Assembly (NCBI RefSeq): GCF_964188315.1
Contig: NC_135662.1
Coordinates: 48,608,001 to 48,672,000, forward strand
Direction: 5' to 3'
Length of the DNA stretch: 64,000 nucleotides
Source: Podarcis muralis
Taxonomy: Eukaryota
Part shown: positions 52,878-64,000 of the stretch, in pieces
Numbering within the stretch: the first letter of the stretch is position 1
Layout: every line of letters begins with the position of its first letter
Notes under the pieces: generated by a model
Database searches by the model: none
What the model saw: only the letters and a program-made list of their open reading frames with translations
What the model was told of the DNA's origin: nothing
Made by a program: the position numbers and the translations under genes

Positions 52878-55632
52878 AAACAGAATTGAAGACTGCCCAC
52901 CAGTATTCAAAACCCCTTTTCTGAGATTTATTAATAATGCCATTGTAAGAAAGTTGTGACTGTTTATATTCTGATCATTTGTATTATGAGATTTGGGCAG
53001 AATGAGGAATAGGAGAGAGAGAGAATGGGAAAGACAGCAGAAGCACTATTGCAGTAAACAGTGCTTTACAACTGTAAGCAGATAGATGGGCAAGAGTAGA
53101 TTATAAAGGTTATCTGGGGCATGTCCAGTGCAGAGGGGATTGTGTTGCTGCCTGTTTAATCTCTCAACTCCTTAGAATTTTACCTAATACTTCATAGAAA
53201 GTAGAGGTCCTTTTGATCCTGGAGCTTGAATTCAGAAAGTCATATTGAATATCATATGAACAATTTGAAAATTACATCAAGAGTATCATTTTTTTAAAGA
53301 AATGTTTTTCGAATCTACTAACTCTGAACTTGGAAGAGACAGCAAATTACATCATTAGAGGAATAGGCAAAGATTTTTGGCATAGCACATTAGCATCTAG
53401 AATATCCTATTACAAGAAACTTTTAGAGGGTACTACACCTAAAAGGATTTATGAAAGTGATGGTACAATATGTTCAGTTATGAAATAAAAACAGCTGCCA
53501 CTCTGAATTTCTTGGAGAAATATTAAATAAACAATACTGCCTGGGTTTTTTCTGAATTTTATTTTTATAACAAATTTGCATAATTGATTATAGTCCACAT
53601 TACAGAATGAGGAGATCAAAATAAACAGTGGGTAAGTGCAAATAAATAGATAAGAGCAATTGGGAATACTAATAATTACAGCCTATTTTACAAGATTATT
53701 AAGAAGAGGGATAAAAAGTTGGATTTGCAAGGTCCTGTGCACTATATACGGTAAATCACAATGCTAGCCATTGCTCCTTTTGCATTAATACATCCTGCGG
53801 TCAGACTGGTTGATGTGAACTTACTTTTCATATGTAAGGATTCTACATGTAGAAAGCCTTAACCATTATCAGTTTTTGCCTGGCACTTGTCTATTGTAAG
53901 CATGAGTATACAGGATCTGGATTTCAGGCTGCTTTGTTTTCCCCTGCAATGAGCTTTCTGTGGGCAGACTATAAAGGATCTGTTGAAGGTCACCGGCTCC
54001 AACGATTGTCCTTTATGTAATGGTAGCTCTGCTGAGGGAGATATCAGAGTGGTGGGGGAGGAAAGGAAGTAGGCAACAGCAATGGCATTTGCATTAACTT
54101 GATAGTGCAACATACACCTCATCTTGGAATCAGGCAATTCTTTGAAAGCCACTTAAAGTTCCATAATAGCCCATGGGTTTTGATTTCCTCTTTTGATGTG
54201 TGAACTTGAAGCAAAGCCACGAAACAGGAAGAACTACAGCAAGTATGCCTGTAAAGTTGGAACTGAAAGAACAGACGCTCTATAGAGAATTCACATTTTT
54301 GCATCTGCTTCATTTAAGAGAGGAGCAGCACTCAGTATGACACACTTCCCATTGCACATCAATATGAGATCATGATTTTAACCGAACTGGATGGAGGAGG
54401 AAGGAAAATACCATGTCAGTAATTTTGTTTCCTTCACACATTAAAGAGGTATAAAATGTGGTTTGCAATGTAATACAGGATGTGTAATAAAATGGAATAT
54501 ACCTCATACCATTTGCCAAATTAACGTTTTCTGTGATGATTTGAAGAGAGTCAGATGTTACAGAAATTTCACTGAATGAAATGGAGAGGTATCCAGACTG
54601 GAGATGTTCACAGACTGACTGTGCACATTGGACTGAATCTCCATTGAAGACTCAGTCTTCAATGGATGGTTGTTTTCCATCAGAGGAGGACTCCTTTGTC
54701 TTTCTAACTACCAGTGAGTTGAGGGAAGGAGACCTACCCATTTGCTGGCTGACATAGAGCCACTTCTTTGTTACCTAAATGGCCCAGGTCTCTCTGCTTC
54801 ACCAGCCTGGGAGCTGACATAGGGAAGGAGCACCCCTCACACTTTTCCTTAGCTGGTACCAGTGGTGCAGCTGTGAATGTGCTTATGGCTGCACTACTCT
54901 ACCAAGCGTTTACAATCCCTAAATTGGGATGCACTTGGTCCCTTTGTTACCATCACATTGTGTTGGCCTTGCTGCTAGCACATGATGGCAATAGGCTTTG
55001 TGATAAATGAAAAATATGATGTGGCAGTCCATCTTTTTGATATGCATACGGTTGAAGTTTAACATTTTATTGTTAGATAAGGGAAAAGATTCTTGTATAT
55101 AAGGATTTAACTGTAGGAGGCGTTTAAATTAGGTACCAGATGCTTGATCTGGAAATTCCCACGAAATTCCCACCACTTTTACTTAGCCCATGGAGATTTT
55201 GGCCACCCTCTGGACTTATGATGCAATTAGAACAAATGAGGTTATGAGGCTACTTTTTCAGTGTGGCTTAACAATCCGTCTTCCCAGGGATTCTTGGAAA
55301 TTATAGCTCTCCAAGGGCAATAGGATTTGTCTAACAAACTACAGTTCCCAGGATTCTTTGGGGGATTATACCACTGTTAAAGTGGTATAATAAAGCCTAA
55401 GGTATTGATTATATATTTAAAGTGGTATAATAGTGTTAAAGTGTTAAAATAGTTAACTGTTAAAGTGGTATAATAGTGTTTTAAATATATAAAGCAGATG
55501 TAGCCCCATACTTCCTGTTATTACTGGGTACTGGGAACTAGATTTCAGAGAAGTCGTGTTACTAAATTGGCTGCTAAAAATATTTTCCTAAGGCCTAAAT
55601 GAGAACGCTAGCATGTATGAAGACTGTATTTA

Positions 55633-55814
55633 AAGGTAAAGGTACCCCTGCCCGTACGGGCCAGTCTTGACAGACTCTAGGGTTGTGCGCCCATCTCACT
55701 CAAGAGGCCGGGGGCCAGCGCTGTCCGGAGACACTTCCGGGTCATGTGGCCAGCGTGACATCGCTGCTCTGGCGAGCCAGAGCCGCACACGGAAACGCCG
55801 TTTACCTTCCCGCT
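55633..55814 (-). mobile_element. Sauria SINE, 5'-truncated
   Basis: 3' half only, with an (ACCTTT)-type tail. 13-bp TSD AAGACTGTATTTA at 55620-55632 and 55815-55827. Confidence 0.9.
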
Positions 55815-57610
55815 AAGACTGTATTTAGCATTAGCCAAAACTGTTGACTATAAATGTAGCCTAAGGTATTGATTATATATTTAGCAAAGCTATTAATTAT
55901 GGTGTACTGTATTAAAGTCTAAGAATGTGAAGAGGAATATAATCATTTAAGAGCCTAGCTGCAGAGTAGTATATAAAATAGATGAAGTACTACAAAAAAA
56001 ATTGCTGTTAAAATGAGGCCTATAGCAACTACTCTTCTCTTAGCAGTGTGCTTAAAGGTCTTGGATGTGATTCTGGATTGTGCTTCATATTGCATTAAGC
56101 AGTTTATTTTCTGGGTAAAATATATTTGTGAGTCTTTTATGTATGGAAGCTGAGAAATAAGTAATGGTCATCCTAGTATAAATCCCATTTGTGACCTGAA
56201 TTTTCTAGCACAATATTGCAAAACATATTATGTTTCTAAATAGTATGGTGTTCAAAAAACACTTCTTGTCTTGGACAGGGTTTGCAACATACAGCAATAA
56301 CAAATCACAGTAATCTTAAAAGCAGATTAACATTTTGAACATGCAAAGAATAAAAATAAATTGTAGAGTATTTTGAGCATATGCTGCTGTATATGAGTGA
56401 ACTGTAAATAGCTATGATGGTCAGAACACAGGGGAAATGGGATTAATTGTAATCCCACAGCATTTGAGCAGCTAAAATCATCCAATGGCGGGGGGGGGGG
56501 CATGTCAATTGATCATTTTGAAACTAATTTGAATATATTTTTGCTTTAGAAAAAGCAGACAGACAGGAAGAAAACTGCAACAATTTTATTTACAGCTAAT
56601 GGCCAGACATCACAGATGTTTCTACTAATCTTCACATATTTGAGTCTAAGAACATATTTACAAAACCAAGCCTATTTGCAGTGCAACCTACTCAAAAGTA
56701 ATTCCCATTAAATTCAATGAAATTTATTCCCAGGTAATTGGGAATGCAGCCATAGTTCAATATATTGACCTGGTGTGAACAACATAGTAAGCCAATTTAT
56801 GGCTTTCTGGCACTGCAAAAATGTGCAGGCTCCTGGAGACGATCTCACAAACACTTCGTTCCTCCCTGGTCCTTTTTGTTGCCATCCTCCACTGAGCAAA
56901 GGTTTAGTTTAGCTTACCATCCATATGTGGACTCCTTGTTAAGCTGTCTTCTCACTAACCATGAGTTTGGCTTCTCGTGTTGTGTGAACCAGGCAAATGT
57001 CACAACTCCTGAATTCTTTAGTGGACCTGTATGATGCTTTTATTTACATACACAAACAAACACACACACACTGTGTTTAGGGTAATTGCAAAATCCGTGC
57101 AACATATCAGTTAGACTCATTCAGAAGCATGTGGGCTTCTGTCCGCCACCTCCCCTCTCAACTCAATCATGCTTATTATTACCACATTCACAATGTATTT
57201 AAGCAAAAACACAGCGTTGTATCCAATTAATTCCTACACATAGATGATCCATTGAAATTAATGGAACTTATTTAATCATATTTATTTTTATTTAATCACA
57301 TTAATTTAATCTGAGAAGCATTGGCTACAGGCCTTAAATTGCAACAGAGGTCACCAATCGTTTTGGACCAGAGGGCAAAATTTTGAATTTTGAGAAAGTG
57401 CTATGGGCACAAGTGAACAAAATAGCTACCATTGGAGGCAGAGCTGTTGTATTCTGCTCATTATGAATTTGAATTGAAAGCATAACACAAAATTAGAGTC
57501 ATAGTCATTGCTGTTTCCCTATCCCGTGGGACAATGCTTGCCATGCGACATTAGCTACCTCATGCTGGTCCTGACTGGGGAGTTCAAACAATTGATTTCT
57601 CCTACACACA

Positions 57611-57967
57611 CACGGGTGGCGCTGTGGGTAAAACCTCAGCGCCTAGGACTTGCCGATCGCAAGGTCGGTGGTTCGAATCCCCGCGGTGGGGTGCGCTCCC
57701 GTTGCTCGGTCCCAGCGCCTGCCAACCTAGCAGTTCGAAAGCACCCCCGGGTGCAAGTAGATAAATAGGGACCGCTTACTAGTGGGAAGGTAAACGGCGT
57801 TTCTGTGTGCTGCGCTGGCTCGCCATATGCAGCTTGTCACGCTGGCCACGTGACCCGGAAGTGTCTGCGGACAGCGCTGGCTCCCGGCCTATAGAGTGAG
57901 ATGAGCGCACAACCCTAGAGTCTGGCAAGACTGGCCCGAACGGGCAGGGGTACCTTTACCTTTACCT
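57611..57967 (+). mobile_element. Sauria SINE, full length
   Basis: Head GGGTGGCGCTGTGGGTAAAACC, B-box-like GGTTCGAATCC, tail TACCTTTACCTTTACCTT. Flanked by TACACACACAC repeats at 57603-57613 and 57968-57978. Confidence 0.92.
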
Positions 57968-58551
57968 TACACACACACCTATAACAACAGGGAGCATTAT
58001 CCAGTACCAGGAAAAATATACAAAATGGCTACACCACACTCACTTTTTTGCATACAAGATACAGAGCACAGACACACCTGCATCTCTCCCTCTCTTTCAT
58101 AGACCACACATTCATACATTCCCCCCTTAAACACAACACATGTCCATCTCTCCCTTTCATATATATGGGTGTCTGCAGTAAAAAAAATATTGTGAAGCTC
58201 CTGCTAGTGCAACTGTTTAGCTGAATCTGACACCAACTTTTTTTTTTTAATGAAAGCTGGGAATCTGGGGGTTGGGGTTTACTCCAGGGGCAGCATCGAA
58301 GGCTTCACAGGTGCCATGGTGCCCACATGTGCTGGGTTGGCAATCCGTGGTACAATGTTTAAACTCCTTGTTAATGTCAAAAGCTTGCAAGGGAGAAAGA
58401 GAGAGAAAAAGCTTTTCAGGTTTCAGGGGTTGAAATAAAATGTCATGACTGTACTAGAGAACTTAATGCTGATCCACTGCATTGATTCACTTTGATGACC
58501 TCTCCATAAAACTTTGTGTTATTAATTAGGTCACAATTGTGTGTTTCTTAG

Positions 58552-58611
58552 AGCTCCCTGAAGAGAAGAGGCAGCAGGGATATTCACAAAGAAAAGAAGG
58601 CATTTGCTCAG
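58552..58611 (+). CDS. MTCL1: MTCL1 coding exon 4 (20 codons)
   Basis: Acceptor gtgtttcttag|AGC and donor CAG|gtacct. Encodes SSLKRRGSRDIHKEKKAFAQ, matching the mammalian SSLKRR...KEKK segment that links exons 3 and 5. Confidence 0.9.
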
Positions 58612-59140
58612 GTACCTGTTTCCAACCAAGTATGTTTTACAAAGTCCACATGAAGATTGACCGGGCAAATTGATGCTGTTCCTTTGTGTGTCCATGCGCA
58701 GTGAGCCTGCCACCCCTAAAGCGTGGAGGATGAAAAGCAAAATAGCCACAGTACAACGATCTGGCATCAAACACGCCACATCTTTTATTGATTACAGGTG
58801 AACGTAGACTCAGGCTTTGGCACTGAGTATACTGAATCATCCAATCCATCTGCTGGCTGGTTACAATTTGGGGTTGATACTGAGTTAGGATTGTCTTATG
58901 TCATACATCAAATAGGAACAACCCCTCAGGTTCGCCACCCTAGGGAGTGCTATGGCCCTCAGGCCTCATCTGGGCATTTGGACAGAAGGACCTCCAAATG
59001 GTCCATTCAGTGTGACACCCTGTTAGCTTGGAGTAGGGAGAGGCTAAGACTTCTGACTCCCCCCTCTCCCCCCCCCCCGCTTGATTAAGGATCCCCCCCA
59101 ATGCTTTATCCGCCAAAAGTTGTGACGGTTGGGGGGGATC

Positions 59141-59338
59141 CAATCGAATCATGATCTCCCACCCTCTCTCCCTTTTTCGGCAAAGTATCAGGTGGGTCCG
59201 CGGGAACACCTTGCTATGCAAGGTGAGGGATTTTTCCTCCAGGCAAACTGGACCTGTCTGGGTTTTCTGATTACCAGAAATTATCACCTGATACTCTGCC
59301 GAAAAAGGGAGAGAGGGTGGGAGATCATGATTCGATTG
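59141..59338. repeat. 54-bp near-perfect inverted repeat with 90-nt spacer
   Basis: Arm 59141-59194 matches the reverse complement of 59285-59338 at 53/54 positions. Confidence 0.97.
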
Positions 59339-60770
59339 AGCTGTGCACAAAAAAAGAGACAAACCCATTTTATGTCCAAGGAACAGAGCTGAGTGAAGGA
59401 CCACCCACCCCCGGCCAGGGAGACCCCAGTTGGGTCTGCCCCACTCCCAAGGACATGCTGCCAAGGACATGGCCAGATTCACAGGCAGGCTAAATTTAAA
59501 CCCCATGGTTAGTAGGAAAGGATGGGAGGTCTCCTGCCAGTTGTTAAGGAGCCAGAGAAGAGGTGTCATGGCATGCTACAACTGACACCTCACGGGAAAG
59601 GTAAGCAGGATTTACAATTTTTTGAAATGCTAAAGTTGTCAGAACCTCCTTAAAATCAACTTACAATTCAGAATTGCTTGTAGTTTTTATATAATACGCA
59701 CCTTTGATTCCCACCCGCACCCCCGCTTCTATCATGTCTATAGACAAAAGCTGAAACTTTCCTTATGGAAAATAAAGCACCTTGTCTCAAAGTATTTGGA
59801 GCAAAGAGAGCTCAGGGACATTCACTAAATTTATCCTTGGTGCCAAGGTTTTTGTGCTAATGAGCATCTTGGCACTTCACACATTGAAACAACACATAGT
59901 GTGTTATTCTCTCAGAGTTTGAGGCATTGTTTTTTCATGAGAGCTGAACAGCATGTGATAGCAAGAGATCTGGATTAAAATAGAAAAGTTAAAGCCATCC
60001 ACTTGCCTCGCTTGCATTCAATTTTTATTAAATTCCTAAAGTGTGGATTTCCTCAGTACTCTTGGTTTAGAATTCTACTCCTATCATGTAAAGAAACCCC
60101 ACCCCCCAGTTTTTATACAATTAGTTGTTATATAGATTGGGCACATGCATTAGATTTCCACTCAGTGGTTGTGTTTCAACTATCAAATCTCAAATTAATA
60201 AGCCTCTGTATGCACAAGTTTCATGCACCTGAATGATTAATCTGACTGTTGCCAATGGAAGCTGAAGACAATGACAGGCAGATAAAGATGCTGTGAGTCT
60301 CCATGTTACTGCTCACTGCAGACTGTATCTGGACTATATTTTCCACCTACACTTGCCTTTTTCCAAATACAATAAAGTTACTTTCAAACAACTGAGAGCC
60401 AGCCATACAACAGAGCTGTTAAGCAAACAGAGGCCAGAAAACCAATTTAATATGCCTAGACGAATAAAGATGTCTTAACTTGGAGCCTCAAAGCTTGTGG
60501 TGTCAATGAAGTTTTCTTTCCTCCTTGAAAGATTGACAACATGTTCCCCATTATCTGACCAGCTGAGGGAAAGTGGCATTTCTGTTCCATGTATAAACAC
60601 ATATACTTGTCTGGATCTTAGTTCCTAAGTGTTTTTTGTCACTTACATTAAGGTACTCAAATTTTTGGATCAAATATTAGGTTTTAAAAATCCAATAATG
60701 TGAAAACAAAGAGAGTGTTAGCTATACTTCTCTGCATTTAGTTTTATTGAAAAAAAAAGTTTCTGTTCAG

Positions 60771-60848
60771 CAGAGCTGCAGAATGGAGCTTCTTGGAAAG
60801 TGCCAGGCAGCAGTCAGGACACAAAGAAAACTGTTTCTTCAGCGCAAG
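60771..60848 (+). CDS. Candidate alternative MTCL1 exon (QSCR-MELLGKCQAAVRTQRKLFLQRK)
   Basis: Tandem acceptor ttctgttcag|cag|ag, 78-nt open phase-0 frame, ATG at 60783 in context gcagaATGG, donor AAG|gtagga. No homology confirmation. Confidence 0.4.
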
Positions 60849-62474
60849 GTAGGATTATTGGCACCAGCCCAGTTTCCTGGGCACCAGCTATGCTGCCATC
60901 TCATCTAGCTTACAGCCCAGTAAGTGCATAGCCATATTCTGCCTGGCAAAGACCATTAAGGTGGTGACAGGAGTTGGAAGATTTGATTTCCATCCCTTTC
61001 TCTTCAGGTCTACCTACTGGTCAAAGATACAGATATATATTTATATACATTTTGCAGTATGAGCAAGCCCTCAATTTCATCACAGCTTCTGCGCTGCAAT
61101 CCTAATTTGTTCATGTTCCTCTTTCTGCCCCCCCCCTTCATTTTTGCATCTGGTGTTTATTGCAAGCTCTTTGGCAGCTAATGTATCTGTATGTAGAACT
61201 CTCTTCAAAATGCAGAGTACACTGTGTAAACTTAGCTGACATGCCTATACCCTGTATGTGCCCAGATTCTGTGAAGAAGACCTCATCAACATACAGAGGT
61301 TGGATGAGGAGGTGGTAATGGGCATGTTATGACCTTCTCGTGGATGCACTGACTGAATTTTGCATGAACAGTTCTAGAGTTGGGGCCAATATAAGGGGCA
61401 AAACAATGCAAACACAGCTTATGGCTGGGGGATGGGGTTGGATTAGGTAGATGTCCCCACCACCACCAGCTCAACCAGCCTGCCACTGTTCATCCTTCTG
61501 CAGACCAAATGGAGCTGGGTGAGCAGTATTCCTTCTGGTGGTATTCCCACCAGCAGGGGCCAATGAAACTCAAAAAGCAGGGCATTCTGATGGCAAGGAA
61601 GGGATGGTGTTGATCACAGATAAGAAAATAGAACAGCTTTTCCTAGTTTATGGCACTTATAGCTAGATGGGGGTGATGGGAGTTGTAGTTCAAAACATCT
61701 GTAGGTCATCAAGTTGGAGAAGGCTGCTGTAGATGATTTCTAAGAGAAACTGGATCCCACAACCAGTGGAAGTTCATATCTGATAAACGAGACTGTCTAA
61801 TAGATCAGAGCAGCTAATCTGTCACTTTAAGATTGGTTCACATTACAGATTTATCTGGTAACAAATGAGCTAACTTCAATTTCTAATGTAGCCAATGCAT
61901 GGAACTTTTATTTGCATATTCTGTGCTATAATCCTGTTATTTTCCTGCTGCTTAGCATTTAAGAGCTCTGCCTTGCTACCAGAGATGGTCCTTAATTAGC
62001 ATGCCGTTTGGTAATGAGCATATGCTTACTTAATATTTCTTTATATATTTCTCACAATATTTAAGGCTCTGTGCATGAAAAAAAAGAAAGTGGAAAATGC
62101 TAAATTAACCTTACCCAGATTTAACATAAGATGTCAACAAACAATCCTAATCGTTCTAATTGAAATAAGATATATGTTGTCGAATATTTTGATTTTGTTA
62201 ACTGATGTCACCATATATTTTTCTCTGCACACATGAATACATAACACACACACACTTACTTACATCTATCATAGTTGGTTACTTTTGCACTAATTGGGAT
62301 ATACCATTTGAGAAGTTTTAGTTAAGGAAGTTAACCTCAGACTGCAATTCTGTACACACTTACCCAGAAGTCAGTCTCACTGAACTTAATGAGGCTTACC
62401 TTTTAATAGACATGTATGTGTAGGTTTATACTATTAAGGTACAATAATTTTTAACATGGATAGGGAGTCTAAGT

Positions 62475-62629
62475 CTAAGTTCTTTGGAGATCACTTGTGG
62501 CTGAGTAAGATTGTCTTCCATGAATACGATCTTAACAGTGTGTCTGTAAGTGACTATGGAGGCCAATTCTGGATCCTCATGTCCTTCCACTGTTGGGACA
62601 TAGGTTTCTGGGCAGGAGTTGATCACTAT
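62475..62629 (-). mobile_element. Short 3' fragment of the same RTE family as 12274-12785
   Basis: Shares GAGTAAGATTGTCTTCCAT...GGAGGCCAATTCTGGATCC. 10-bp TSD GAGTCTAAGT at 62465-62474 and 62630-62639. Confidence 0.85.
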
Positions 62630-63442
62630 GAGTCTAAGTACCTTTCATATGTCTGCCTTAAATTACTATATCCTTGTAGAAATCTGGAACTCCCTCTGCC
62701 AATACACTCTTTAATGGAGCAGACATTACTAGGAGATGCATGGGAGCTACATTGCTCCCATAAATGTACAGTAATGTACAAACAAGGACTTTATCACTGA
62801 AGGTTGAAGTAAATGTAAGCTCTCCCCATGGGCACAATTTTTTCCACATGTGTGTAACATCTCTCATTTTATGGTTAATAGTTTATTTTATTACTTTTGA
62901 TCAGACAGAAGCTGAAATCTTACATGTCACTGTAGACCTTCTAAAGCAGGTGTGGGGAACCTCTGGCATGTGGGACATATTGGGATTTGCTATAAGATAC
63001 TTTATATTGGATTTTGTAGCAGCTGATTTTAAGTTATAGGTGGCAATAATACTGGACTCCTATAAAATCAACAAAACTTCTATACTTATTAAGTATCACA
63101 CAGTGCTGCGATGATTTATTGTACCATTTCCTACACTGGAAAACAGCCATGTACACTTCAGTGTGTGTGACGGATTAAAGCCTCACATAGTGAGGGTTAT
63201 GCAGCTCACAGAAAAAGTGTGTGCAGAATTACACTGTTGCTTGCAAACTTTGGGCCTTCTTTTGGGTGGCATGCATAATTTTTCATGGAAGAGCTTCTAA
63301 ACTTAGAAACTAATGATTTATTCATTTTTCAGTAGCTGAAAACATGTGCAGTCTCTGAAACATTTGTATTTGTAGCTGTTATTTTTCTGAGAATCTATAA
63401 GGTGGCAATTTTTCCACCCTTAACCAGCTATGTATTCATTGA

Positions 63443-64000
<558 letters not shown>

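Noticed and set aside
58940-59569. 209-aa minus-strand ORF (and the 87-aa plus-strand ORF 59129-59392) as proteins
   Set aside because: The two ORFs share the peptide QSNHDLPPSLPFSA only because of the inverted repeat. No domain is recognisable.
58899-59587. Solo LTR interpretation of the hairpin island (TGTCA...TGACA ends)
   Set aside because: No matching TSD for any TG...CA pair I tried, and no polyadenylation signal.

Overview
Vertebrate genomic DNA from a squamate reptile, probably a lacertid lizard. That inference rests on the repeat content: Sauria SINE, Bov-B, and L2/CR1/RTE LINEs. The window holds the 5' part of MTCL1 (SOGA2) on the + strand. A CpG-island first coding exon (8717-9721) is followed by exons at 20246-20470, 23547-23705, 58552-58611 and 63599 to beyond 64000. 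All have GT-AG boundaries and phase 0, and together give about 617 codons. The rest is intergenic or intronic DNA dense in transposons: four Sauria SINEs with target-site duplications (TSDs), a 1.76 kb frame-intact but dead Bov-B, L2/CR1/RTE/Penelope fragments, Tc1/mariner and hAT MITEs, and a solo LTR with a nested MITE. The least explained signals lie in intron 4. There is a 53/54-bp inverted repeat inside a hairpin-rich island that ends at a strong splice donor (59600), and downstream a candidate phase-0 exon with a strong-Kozak ATG (60771-60848). Together these suggest an internal-promoter short MTCL1 isoform under RNA-structure control. Also notable is a MITE carrying BANP and ETS promoter motifs just upstream of exon 2. 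Repeat family names come from recalled consensus features; no database search was run.
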